DNA from: Pelagomonas calceolata
Taxonomy: Eukaryota
NCBI GenBank assembly: GCA_918797485.1
Contig: CAKKNE010000001.1
Span: 3,596,001 to 3,660,000 of the forward strand
Length of the DNA: 64,000 bases
Direction: 5' to 3'
In this document: piece after piece, positions 1-9,467 of the stretch
Layout: every line of letters starts with the position of its first letter
How positions within the stretch are numbered: the stretch's first letter is position 1
The notes under the pieces: model-generated
The model's input: only the letters and a program-made list of their open reading frames with translations
Database searches by the model: none
What the model was told of the DNA's origin: nothing
Position numbers and translations under genes: made by a program

Positions 1-70
1 GTTGGAAGGTCGCCGCGGGGCCGCGCTTCCAGGGGATCGAGGCCGTGGCGGGGGTCATAGTTTAGTTTTG

Positions 71-1015
71 CTAGCCTTTCTTACCCCCTCCTTTCTTCCC
101 GCCGCCTGACGGGTGGTGCTTCAGGATGAGCGCGATCATCATGATCGTGATCAGAAACAGTAACAAGGCGATGCAGATGCGCGGCCGCGCGGCCTTCTGG
201 TACTGCTCCGCCTTCTCGATCTCGACGACGCCTCTCCGGGTATGCTCGGCGACCTGCTCCATGTTAAAGTCGATGCGGTCCAGGATCGTCCCTTGGTCGA
301 TCACGAGAACCGCCAACTCCTTGAAGATGCCCGACAGCTCCTGGATGGACTCGGCGATCTTCCGGATTTCCTGGTCGCGCTCCTCGACGAGGTGCTCGAT
401 GTCGACGACGGCGCTCATCTGCTGCTCGTTGAACGCGACGCCCGTGTCGTTCCGCGACGACGCCGAGAGGAAGTCGAAGCCCCCGCCGGCACTGCCTTCC
501 TTTTGTGATTTTAAGCGAACCACATAATCCTTCTGCGCCCGGCGAAATTCCGTGTTCAGCGCCTGGATCCGCACGGCCACGCTCCGCTGCACGTTCGCCC
601 GGACCTTCCTTTCCGAATCGTCCGCGGCGTCGCCGCCGAAGGTCGCGACGCGCTTCAGCGTCTTCTCGCACGCTCGAAACAACTGCGTCGCGTTCTGCGA
701 CTGGCGCTCGATCTCCCGATCCAGCTCCGCCTCCCGCGATTCATCAAATGAAACCATGAGCCGCGCGCGGTGCGCCTCCTTCAGCGACTTCAGGGCGCGT
801 TCCAGCGTCGCGACGTCGGTCTCGACCTTCTCGACGACGTCGACCCAGACCGGCGGCAGCGCCGCGCGGCTCGAGGACATGGGGCTGTGCTCCTGGCTCG
901 ACCCGCGCTCGTAGCCGCCGAAGGTGCGCGCGCCGCCGAGGGACTTCTCGCGCATGGCGCGCCACTCGACGAAGGTGCGCGTGAGGTCGCGCGAGGCGCC
1001 CATTGTTGACGCCAT
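71..1015 (-). CDS. STX16: Syntaxin-16/Tlg2/SYP4-type Qa-SNARE
   Basis: N-terminal SRDLTRTF peptide, LPPVWVD, SNARE motif ERDQEIRKIAESIQELSGIFKELAVLVIDQGTILDRIDFNME, C-terminal TM. First ATG at 1015 (alternative 1003). Confidence 0.92.
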   Translation of the reverse strand: MASTMGASRDLTRTFVEWRAMREKSLGGARTFGGYERGSSQEHSPMSSSRAALPPVWVDVVEKVETDVATLERALKSLKEAHRARLMVSFDESREAELDREIERQSQNATQLFRACEKTLKRVATFGGDAADDSERKVRANVQRSVAVRIQALNTEFRRAQKDYVVRLKSQKEGSAGGGFDFLSASSRNDTGVAFNEQQMSAVVDIEHLVEERDQEIRKIAESIQELSGIFKELAVLVIDQGTILDRIDFNMEQVAEHTRRGVVEIEKAEQYQKAARPRICIALLLFLITIMMIALILKHHPSGGGKKGGGKKG

Positions 1016-1253
1016 TGTTCTTGCGCGGCGCGTCCTATGAGTTCTAGTGCGCTGCGGCCGGCGTCCTTTCGCAACAGCTGCGCTGCGCGTTCCTGAGGGT
1101 GGTGTGTCTGTGTGAGAGGTAGCCGGGCGGCCAAGCACCGGCGTCACTACGCAACAGCTGTGGCCTTCTAAGGCGTCTTTCTGCGTGTTCTATTGTTACA
1201 GCGAGTGAAATAAGGCGCCGTACACGTAAAAAAACTGTGGCCGCGGCCATATT

Positions 1254-1274
1254 CTAGTATGTTACCAACGCTAG
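1254..1274 (-). promoter_or_regulatory. CTAG-bracketed motif variant
   Basis: Reverse complement CTAGCGTTGGTAACATACTAG. Confidence 0.4.
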
Positions 1275-1504
1275 TTCCATGGCTCCCAAAAACGCCGGTG
1301 TGCTCTGCTACGGCCGCACACGTAGCCACCAGGACTCGTGGTTCTCGCATCAGTGCTACGACAAGCCGTCCAGAGTATCTCACTGCTTGCCGCATACGAC
1401 TGCTGAGCAACACTGCCCTAACACAGCCGCTTGTCGAGACGACGCGTGAGCAGCTCGCCACCACAATTACGCCATCGATGCGACGCAATACAGTTACCTT
1501 ACTC

Positions 1505-2350
1505 ATGCTGCACGCAGCGAGGGCGCTGCGGTGCGCCCCGCTGCGCACGCGGCGCACGCTCGCACTCCGCAGCACACAGCCTCGCATCTACGACGCCCCA
1601 ACTTTATACGACGCCGCGTTCGGCTTCCGCGATTTTGAAGATGAAGTGGATTTCCTCTGCGCAGCGCACGAAAAACATGGAAACACGGGCGGCGCGCCTT
1701 CCAAAATCCTGGAGCTGGCGGCGGGGCCGGCGCGGCACGCCGTCGAGGCGTCAAAGCGAGGCGTCGACGCGACGGCTATTGATTTGTCGGAGGCGATGGT
1801 GAAATGCGGTACACAAATTGCGAAAGAAGAGGACGTAGCACTAGACTACCGCGTGGGCGACGTGCGGGAAGCCTTGCCATTCGACAAAGTGTGCAGCGCG
1901 TGGCTGCTCCTGGGGTCCGTCGGCCATTTGTTGACGAACGACGACGCGTTACAGTGTTTCCAAAATGCACGCAAAGCGTTGGCGGACGGCGGGACACTAA
2001 TCTTGGAGCTGCCGCACCCGCGCGAGACCTTCCGCGTCGATGGCGTATCAGAGGACGGGTGGGACGTGCCCTTCGAGGGCGGCGACCTGCGCGTGCGCTG
2101 GGGTGCTGAAGACGATGTGTTTGACCCGCTCACGCAAATCAGGCAAGCTTCTGTGGCTTTCGAGGCCGACGGTACATCGATAACAGACGTCGTCCCGACG
2201 CGCGAGTACACGCTCCAGGAACTCAGGTTGTTATCAAAGGCGGCGGGATTTCGGGAAGAAGTGGCGACGTACGGCGCGCTCGACCCCGAATTCGTGGCCG
2301 CGGACGACGACGAGCTGGCGTACCGGCTTGTTGTTGTACTGACTGCGTAG
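1505..2350 (+). CDS. Class I SAM-dependent methyltransferase with probable organellar transit peptide
   Basis: Motif I ILELAAGPARH, IDLSEAM, YRVGDV, ALADGGTLILE; Arg/Ala-rich leader from ATG 1505. Confidence 0.8.
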   Translation: MLHAARALRCAPLRTRRTLALRSTQPRIYDAPTLYDAAFGFRDFEDEVDFLCAAHEKHGNTGGAPSKILELAAGPARHAVEASKRGVDATAIDLSEAMVKCGTQIAKEEDVALDYRVGDVREALPFDKVCSAWLLLGSVGHLLTNDDALQCFQNARKALADGGTLILELPHPRETFRVDGVSEDGWDVPFEGGDLRVRWGAEDDVFDPLTQIRQASVAFEADGTSITDVVPTREYTLQELRLLSKAAGFREEVATYGALDPEFVAADDDELAYRLVVVLTA

Positions 2351-2490
2351 CGCATCGGCGACGGCGTTAATATTCTGTTTTGTGAGTGCTTGCTATCTGT
2401 CAAGGGCTAGGACTCGTGCGCGGAGCGCTCAAGTGTCGATTTTACGGTGCTAGGACTAGTGGGCGGAGCGCGGAGCGCTGAAGATTGTTC

Positions 2491-2512
2491 CTAGTGTGTT
2501 ACATGCCGCTAG
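2491..2512 (-). promoter_or_regulatory. CTAG-bracketed motif variant
   Basis: Reverse complement CTAGCGGCATGTAACACACTAG upstream of the 2778 gene. Confidence 0.5.
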
Positions 2513-2777
2513 ATAAAGCGCCCGCGGCCGTAGTTTTTTGCTTGCGTTTGCGCCTTGGACCGCTGCAACCTCGTCGTCGCCGGAGACGGTAGCCCTACCA
2601 CTACTGCGCGCGGCTGCCGACGCCGAGCTGTTGCGGTGGTCTACTGGGCAAAAACTGCCGACCCGGCTTTTTGGACCAGTAGGCTGCGCGGCGGCGCTAC
2701 GCCTCACCAGGCACGCCTGCGCGGCGGCGCTACGCCTCTCCACGCACGCCGAGCGGTGAAAAAACAAAAGCACCAAG

Positions 2778-3719
2778 ATGATGCACGAAACATCCGACCT
2801 CTCCTTCGACGAGCTCGTCGACGCGGCGTGCGAGGAGCTCGACCTCGAGCTGAACCGGCCGCCGCCGCCGCCGCCGCCGCCGACGCGCCGCGAGAAACTA
2901 GCGAGGTGGTGCCGGCGCATCCTGCAGGACCGATTGAAGCCGCCGATCCAGCGGACGGCGCGCCTCGCGACGACGGTCCTCAACGCCGAGCTGCCCGTCG
3001 ACGTCGACGCCGTGTCCGGCGCGGCGCTGTCGCTCACGGCGCGCGTCGCGCACGCGGGGTTCCGGACGCTCCGCTGGACGCTGCTCGCGCCGCTCGCGCC
3101 GATCGCGTTCGCGCGGAATCGATTAAGGGCGAGGCGAGACGAGGCGCTGCCGCTGCACGCGCCCGCGCGGCCGGCGGCGCCCGCGCGGCCGCGGCGCGAC
3201 GCCCCGGCGCCCGTCGCGCTGACGCCCGACGCCGAGGCGCCGGCGCGGCCCCCGGCGTCGCCGAGCTTCGCGTCGCCCCGGCCCTCGGCGTCGCCGCAGT
3301 TCACGTCGCCCGAGGCCTACCTGCACGGCAACTACGAGGCACCTAGGCCGCCGAGCATCGCCCCGCGGCAGCTCTTCGACGAGGACGCCGAGGTGGACCT
3401 GCCGCCGGCGCGCGACGCGGCGCCGGCGCGCGTCACGCCCGACGAGCGCTTCGCGACGTCGCGGGGCGTCGGCGCGCCCAGTGTCGCAGCAGACCCCCGG
3501 GCGGGTACCACGTACCCCGGGCAGTTCCACAACAATCCCCAGCATGCGTCTCTCCGCGCCGCCGCCACTGCCGACGAGCGCTTCGCGACGTCGCGGGGCG
3601 TCGCGTCCCAGCCGCCGAAGGCCGTCATCCACACACCTCCGGCGTCGCCGGTCCGGCCGAACGGCGCCGCGGCGCTGGCGCGGAGCCCGAGCGCGGTGGA
3701 AGGCTACGCCCTGTATTAA
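2778..3719 (+). CDS. Hypothetical Pro/Ala-rich protein
   Basis: 313-aa ATG ORF with host-like codon use; internal duplication DERFATSRGV; CTAG motif upstream. Confidence 0.55.
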   Translation: MMHETSDLSFDELVDAACEELDLELNRPPPPPPPPTRREKLARWCRRILQDRLKPPIQRTARLATTVLNAELPVDVDAVSGAALSLTARVAHAGFRTLRWTLLAPLAPIAFARNRLRARRDEALPLHAPARPAAPARPRRDAPAPVALTPDAEAPARPPASPSFASPRPSASPQFTSPEAYLHGNYEAPRPPSIAPRQLFDEDAEVDLPPARDAAPARVTPDERFATSRGVGAPSVAADPRAGTTYPGQFHNNPQHASLRAAATADERFATSRGVASQPPKAVIHTPPASPVRPNGAAALARSPSAVEGYALY

Positions 3720-3815
3720 TGTGACAATCTTAAACACAAGGCTCCTCGACCACGCGAGAGAGCCCGGGAGCGCGCCGCCGCCGCCGACACGCACGAAAAC
3801 AAAAACAAACAAAAG

Positions 3816-4997
3816 TCAAAACGACAGCCGCCAGACCGCGACCTTCGTGTCCTTGGAGCCCGTCGCCAGTAAATCACTGGACCAGTCGAGCGCGTTCACG
3901 GACGCGTCGTGGTAGCGCAGGACCGCCAGGCGTTTCAAAGACTTGGCCGAGAAGAGCCGCACGCGGTAGTCCCAGCCCGCGCTCGCTATTACCTTTCCGT
4001 CCCCCCTCAATGCAAGCTGGCCGACGCCCGGGTGCTGGTCGAGTTCGTTCACAGCTCCACAAGTCACGTCGAGGGACCCGTGGGGCTTCAGCAACCCGGG
4101 CTCGACGCGAAACGCCTGCGCTTTTGATTCGACGCCGCCCGCGAAGAGCAGCGTGCCTTCTTCATTAATATCGAGCGCGACGTTCGGCGACTTGAAAGCA
4201 TTTTGAGGCGTCTTCGCGCAGATTTGGGGCACGGGCATGGCCAGGTCCCAGGCCAATATACGTCCGTTCTCGTGGCCCACCAATGCTAATGGCGGTTTTG
4301 AGGACGGTTGCGTTTGCGGGAGCCAGAGCCGCATCGCCATCGCGTTGCCCAGCACGGAGGCGTCGCCCTTCCGTACCAACGTCCGGTCGCCGGCGTCGGG
4401 CGCGAGCTTCAACGCGGGTTGTGATTGGCGCGTGTCCCAGAGCAGCGTAGCCTCGGGCGGCTCCGTCGGCGCGAGCACCAAATGCCGCGCGTGGCCTTCG
4501 TGATCGCACCAGCGCTTTGCTGGTGGTGGCGTTTCCTCCTCCTCGTCGTCGTCGGAGGCTAGTTGGGCACCAATGCCGCTCTCCGCCTTTGTGCGTGGCG
4601 GCCTTGGTTGCGACGTCGATATGATAGGAGGCGCCGCGTAGTCTTCACTATGTCCGACGGTCGCGCAGCGCGCGAAGAAAAAGGAGTTCGTCGCGAGCGT
4701 CGTCGTCGGCTCTGCTAAATTCTCCAGGTCCCAGAGCCGTATTCTCCCGTCGCGCGTCTGCGTTAATAAGCCGCCGGCGTGGTCGTGCACCTCGAGGACG
4801 CCGAGCGGCGCCGCGGCCCAGTTTTGGACGGGGCGCCGCGTCGCGAGGTTCCAGAGCAAGCAATGCCCGCCCACGTCGCCCGAGACCAGTCTGTGCTCGT
4901 CGAGGAAGCGCAGCGCCGTGACGGCGTGCGAGTGGCCGCGGAGCACGAACTCGGGCTCGGGCGGGGCGCGGGCTGTCGTCAGCTGGTGCGCGGCCAT
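3816..4997 (-). CDS. WD40 protein, GNB1L/ASA1-like
   Basis: PEPEFVLRGHSHAVTAL start; C-terminal PGVGQLALRGDGKVIASAGWDYRVRLF..LAVLRYH..LATGSKDTKVAVW typical of GNB1L/ASA1. Confidence 0.8.
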   Translation of the reverse strand: MAAHQLTTARAPPEPEFVLRGHSHAVTALRFLDEHRLVSGDVGGHCLLWNLATRRPVQNWAAAPLGVLEVHDHAGGLLTQTRDGRIRLWDLENLAEPTTTLATNSFFFARCATVGHSEDYAAPPIISTSQPRPPRTKAESGIGAQLASDDDEEEETPPPAKRWCDHEGHARHLVLAPTEPPEATLLWDTRQSQPALKLAPDAGDRTLVRKGDASVLGNAMAMRLWLPQTQPSSKPPLALVGHENGRILAWDLAMPVPQICAKTPQNAFKSPNVALDINEEGTLLFAGGVESKAQAFRVEPGLLKPHGSLDVTCGAVNELDQHPGVGQLALRGDGKVIASAGWDYRVRLFSAKSLKRLAVLRYHDASVNALDWSSDLLATGSKDTKVAVWRLSF

Positions 4998-5198
4998 TAT
5001 CTCTTTGCCTCGCGTCGATGGCGGCTGCTGCTGTGAAGCTGTCTGAGAGCAAAGCTAGCAAAGCTCTCAAGACGGCGCGATTGATGTTCCCTCGCTCTGG
5101 CAGAGCGCAGCACTTATTGCAGCTACCTGAAATGATGCGTTATATCCACGGATGCCAGTGGTCCAAGCGCAAAAAGACAAGCGCCGAGTGAGGCAATG

Positions 5199-5219
5199 CT
5201 AGCGGCTGTAAGACACTAG
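5199..5219 (+). promoter_or_regulatory. CTAG-bracketed intergenic motif
   Basis: CTAGCGGCTGTAAGACACTAG upstream of the WD40 gene. Confidence 0.6.
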
Positions 5220-5238
5220 CACAACTTATTTATCGCGA

Positions 5239-6756
5239 TCACCGCTTCTTCTTCCGCTTCTTTCGCTTTTTCTTGCCGTCCGACTCGTCGTCGTCGCCGT
5301 CTTCGTCGTCCCAGACGCGCTCGACGACCGAAACATCATCCGCGACCGGCAGCGGGTCGCCCGCACGGATCGCGTCCCGGACGGCCGTCGCGCTCTCGAG
5401 GACGGCGGCGAGCGCGGACAGTCGCTCGGCGTAGAGGGACGCCAGCGCCTGCTTCGCGGCGGCAAGCGCCGCCGGCGCGAGGAACACGCACTCGGCCTCG
5501 GCCGTCGCCGCGGCGTCGGCGGCGAGGTCGCTTCGCGCGGCCGTGGCGGCGGCGACGATCTCCTCCGCGTCCTGCTCGCTCGGAGCATCGCGCGCCCGCA
5601 GCGCGTCCAGCAGCAGGCGCATCGTCGCCGCGTCGTCGGGAACCGTGTGATCAACAAGCCACTCCACGAGCGGCGCCCGCGTCTCCGGCCGCTGCCACAG
5701 GGCGTCCGCCGCGAGCAAGATATCAAGAGCGCCCACCTCCGTGCGCCCGCACGCCAGCGCGGCCGCGCGGATCGCCTCGGAGCACCGCCGTAACCGTCGG
5801 TCCGAGACGTACTCGCCGCGCTCGTCCCGGAGCCACGCCCTGCAAGACGCGAGCACCGCGGCGCGACGGCGCGGGAGGCTCGCGCGCGCGCCGCCTAGCG
5901 TCTCCCTCAACGGCGCTAGCAACGCGGCGTCGTCGTCGCGAGAATCGTCGTCCGTCGGCGTCAGGAGCAGGTCGAGCGCGCCGGCGTCCGACACGGGCGC
6001 CACGGCCCGGCGGAAGAGGAAGCGGTCGAAGAGCGCGTCGTCGTCGTCGTCGTCCGCGTCGCGCAGCGCGTTCGTCGCGGCGACCGCGCTCACCAACTTC
6101 GCGGGCCGGTTCCGCGAGCCGTCGGGCCACGTCCGCTCGTTGAGGAGCTGCAGCAGCGCCGGCAGCAGCGCGCGCGCGCGAAATATTTCGTCGAGAAAGA
6201 CTACTTCCGCACTACCTGCGAAGCCGTCGGCGGCCCTTTGCGACACGTCCTCGCGGAGCGCCTTGAGCGACAGGGGCCCGAACACGTCATCGGGCGTCGT
6301 GAAGCGCGTCAGCGCGACCTCGAAGTACGAGTCGTGTTCCGAGAACAGCGCGCCGAGGCGCCGGCACAGCAGGCTCTTGCCGACCCCGGGCGGACCCACT
6401 AGCAGCACGTGCTCGCGCGTCGCGGCGCCGAGCAGCACGAGGCGCGCCTCGGCCGAACGCTCGACGAGGCCGCGCTCCAACGCGGCGGCAGCCCTCTCAA
6501 GGTCCTCGGGCGCAATCGGATAGCTTGGCGCGGCCACGACAATGTCCGTCGGTCTCAGGTCGTCGACGCCGAACGCGACCGCGGCCTTGCAGCTGATGGG
6601 CTCACCCGTGCCCGTCGCCCAGCGGAGGCCCGGTTCACTCTCCGGCATGCGCGAAGCGCTACGCTGGTGCTTCGCCGCGCCCTGCAGCATGCAGCGCTGC
6701 TGCACCAGCGCGCGGCTGAGGGCGAAGACGGACGACGTGAGGAGCGGGCGCAGCAT
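5239..6756 (-). CDS. ravA: RavA-like MoxR-family AAA+ ATPase with N-terminal extension
   Basis: LERGLVER, Walker A GPPGVGKS, LTRFTTPDDVFGPLSLKAL, Walker B VFLDEIF, ALFDRF, YVSDRR match RavA motifs. Confidence 0.88.
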   Translation of the reverse strand: MLRPLLTSSVFALSRALVQQRCMLQGAAKHQRSASRMPESEPGLRWATGTGEPISCKAAVAFGVDDLRPTDIVVAAPSYPIAPEDLERAAAALERGLVERSAEARLVLLGAATREHVLLVGPPGVGKSLLCRRLGALFSEHDSYFEVALTRFTTPDDVFGPLSLKALREDVSQRAADGFAGSAEVVFLDEIFRARALLPALLQLLNERTWPDGSRNRPAKLVSAVAATNALRDADDDDDDALFDRFLFRRAVAPVSDAGALDLLLTPTDDDSRDDDAALLAPLRETLGGARASLPRRRAAVLASCRAWLRDERGEYVSDRRLRRCSEAIRAAALACGRTEVGALDILLAADALWQRPETRAPLVEWLVDHTVPDDAATMRLLLDALRARDAPSEQDAEEIVAAATAARSDLAADAAATAEAECVFLAPAALAAAKQALASLYAERLSALAAVLESATAVRDAIRAGDPLPVADDVSVVERVWDDEDGDDDESDGKKKRKKRKKKR

Positions 6757-6848
6757 ATCCTTGGCAGCGATTTGAAGGCCGGATCACTTCTTTTGCAAAT
6801 CGCGGAGCCACGAATAGGCACGACACCTTTGCGAGGCCAGATTGCTAG

Positions 6849-6868
6849 CTAGCGTCCTAAGACACTAG
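6849..6868 (+). promoter_or_regulatory. CTAG-bracketed intergenic motif
   Basis: CTAGCGTCCTAAGACACTAG upstream of ravA. Confidence 0.6.
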
Positions 6869-7017
6869 CCGCACTCTGGGCGCCGGGGATCTCTCGTTTC
6901 GAATGCTTTGGACGACGTAACGCATGCCTCTGCTCAATTGTAACATAGTCCAAATACATATATTATATTCCTAGGAGAAACTCTTAGAAGCGCGTCATCT
7001 CGACCGAACCACCGGAA

Positions 7018-8526
7018 CTAACCACCGCGATTGGGCGACCGTGACCCCGTTCGCCGCCGCTGGCGATTAGGCGTCGGTGTTGCGGCGGGGCGCGGGCGCG
7101 TGCGCGGCGGCGGCGACCGTTCCCGCGCGGGCGCGGGCGCGTTCGGAGCCACGGCGGCCGATGCCTCGGCCTCGTAGATCCGGCGCGCGTAAGCCTCGTC
7201 GCGCGCAATCTGGCGCTCATTATGCGCTGCGAGTTCGCGACGCTGGGCCTCCAGCGCCTCCGACGCGCTGGGCGCGGGCGCGGCGGCGACCGTCCGCCCT
7301 CTTGGCATGCGCGGTCTCACGCCGCCAGGACTCGCAATCAAGTAGTCTCTCAGAGTAGCTTGACGCGGCCCTCTGGCCGCCGGGCGTCTGGCCCTTCGCG
7401 CCCTGCGCGAGGCGGCCGGCGCCGGCGCCGGCGCTTGCGCTAATTGTTGGGCCAGTCGTCGCGCGGCGTCGGCGGCGACCGCCGCCTCCTCCCACGGCGC
7501 GGGCCACCGGCGCCGCCGCGATAGCTCCGACTCGTGAGCCCGTCTGGCGAAGTCCGCAGCGACGCGCCGCGGGTAGTCATACCGCAAAGTGAGCTGGCGC
7601 GCGATCTCTTCGCGCGACGCCAACGGCAGCCGGCCGCGCGCCATGATAACGTTCCACACGCGGGGAGCGCCCGCCGTGGCCGCCCTACGCGAAGAATTGT
7701 GCTGCGCGATGTAGCTCAACATCGCCAGGATGACGTCCTTCTGTAAACATTCCAGGCCGACCTCGCGAATCCAGCGGCCGGCGGCGCCGCCATCTCGAAG
7801 GACAACCGCTGGGATTTGCGGAAGCGGTCCAATAAATGGAAACAAGTTCCTCCTCAACAAGCGCTTCAGCTCGCCATCCAGATACGAAATGTAGAGCCAC
7901 CCTCCAAAATGCAGAACGGCCGACAGGAAAACAGACATAATCTCAGTCCGGCGGTCCCGTTGGAACCGAGCGAGAAGCCATTGTTCGCGGTCAACCGCCC
8001 GATGCACGTCCAAGTTAGAAACACGGCTCCAAATGTTCAGCATGCTTCCGCACCAGACGTCGTCCCTTGACAGATCCGCGAGGTGAAACGCGCCCAGCAC
8101 GACCAATGTGGGCTCATCTAACGTCGTCTCGTCGCGCATGAACACGTCTACCTCCAGGGACGGAAGGGCGAGCCTCTCCGTCGACATCGCTCGTACCCCA
8201 TCAGTTTTCGACCGCACGACGGTGGAGAAGCCTTTTCCCCCGTTAGCGGCGGCGTCGAACAGGTCCCTCGAGCTCACAAATGATCGCCCCACCTCGTCGC
8301 GCAACGCAAGATGCAGCTGCACCTCTTCGTCGAGTGCAACGGCCATCGATTCACCTCGGACAGCTGGAAGCTGCGCGGTGACCCCAGTGCCAGTCACGGA
8401 GAGGAAGCGCGACATCTCATTCTGCACGGGGAACATGGCACGAGAAGTCGAGGCGCCCTCGAGGCAGAGTACGGTCGCCGCGCCGGCGTCGTTGTTGCGG
8501 CGGATCACGCCGAGGGCCGCCGCCAC
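7018..8526 (-). CDS. Hypothetical protein (orphan)
   Basis: 502-codon ORF (GTG start; first ATG 8436); no family recognised; AT-rich flanks. Confidence 0.45.
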   Translation of the reverse strand: MAAALGVIRRNNDAGAATVLCLEGASTSRAMFPVQNEMSRFLSVTGTGVTAQLPAVRGESMAVALDEEVQLHLALRDEVGRSFVSSRDLFDAAANGGKGFSTVVRSKTDGVRAMSTERLALPSLEVDVFMRDETTLDEPTLVVLGAFHLADLSRDDVWCGSMLNIWSRVSNLDVHRAVDREQWLLARFQRDRRTEIMSVFLSAVLHFGGWLYISYLDGELKRLLRRNLFPFIGPLPQIPAVVLRDGGAAGRWIREVGLECLQKDVILAMLSYIAQHNSSRRAATAGAPRVWNVIMARGRLPLASREEIARQLTLRYDYPRRVAADFARRAHESELSRRRRWPAPWEEAAVAADAARRLAQQLAQAPAPAPAASRRARRARRPAARGPRQATLRDYLIASPGGVRPRMPRGRTVAAAPAPSASEALEAQRRELAAHNERQIARDEAYARRIYEAEASAAVAPNAPAPARERSPPPRTRPRPAATPTPNRQRRRTGSRSPNRGG

Positions 8527-9221
8527 TGGGAAATTATCACTAAAAAATAATTCGGGTAGGTTCTAGTACGCCACGCGCCCGGACCTGCGCGCAGCTCGTT
8601 GGGGACTTCTCTCGGCGGCCCGGGACGGCTCTTTTCGTTGAAGGTCGGGTAGGGGAGCGCTCGGGGTAGAGGGGTGCCTCGCGACCGGCGAAGTCCCGGT
8701 AAATCAATAGTGGCCAACTCGTGCCCAGCTCGTTTGCGACGCTTCCCGGCGGCTCGGTACGGCTCGTTTCCGTCGAGGACCGAGTAGAAGAGCGCTCGAG
8801 GCGATGGGATCGGTCCGCGAACATAAAAGTTTTAATGTAAATATTTACTGTATTGAGTTCGACAGTCGAACTTTTTGCTATTTATATATTCTAGCTAAGG
8901 GACCGACGTCAGCTTGAAATAAACTATCCTCGCGGAGATAACTGTACGATGTTCGCGCGCGGACGAAACTGGTTCAAGTTCGTCACCCGAAACTCCCACC
9001 CGAACATGAAAATACTCGAGTTGCCACCTGGTCCTGGCGGCGCAGAGGTCGCCCGAACTAGAAATGGCTCTTGCGTGGCACCTCGTCGGCGCCGCGTTTT
9101 CATGTTCTGGTAAGTCAATAGTAGCCGCGCTTTGTGCCGGACTCGTCGGAGGACCTTTCCTACGATCCGTTACGCCGTGTTTCCGCTGCCGAGGAGAGCC
9201 GAGTGTGCTTGCTAGGGATGC

Positions 9222-9243
9222 CTAGTGTCTTACAGGCCGCTAG
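9222..9243 (-). promoter_or_regulatory. CTAG-bracketed intergenic motif
   Basis: Reverse complement CTAGCGGCCTGTAAGACACTAG upstream of the 9468 gene. Confidence 0.6.
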
Positions 9244-9467
9244 CCAGCGGAGCTCGAGGCCCTTTCACCTTAAATACGCCGTGCTACCACAAGCGGGCAG
9301 CGCAGTCCCAACAGGTAATTGGGGGAGTAGTCTCTAGGACGGCTCCTCGCAGCACACGAGCGCGCGGCGCTCTACGACGTCGCATCGCGCCGAACAAACA
9401 AGTAGCATAACAAGGACACGCCGAGTCCTAGGCGAAGCAAGCTCCGCGCACGCCCGCGGACGTCAAA

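Noticed and set aside
2406..2740. Short direct repeats (gctaggact..ggagcgct twice; ctgcgcggcggcgctacgcctc twice)
   Set aside because: Two-copy local duplications with no element structure.
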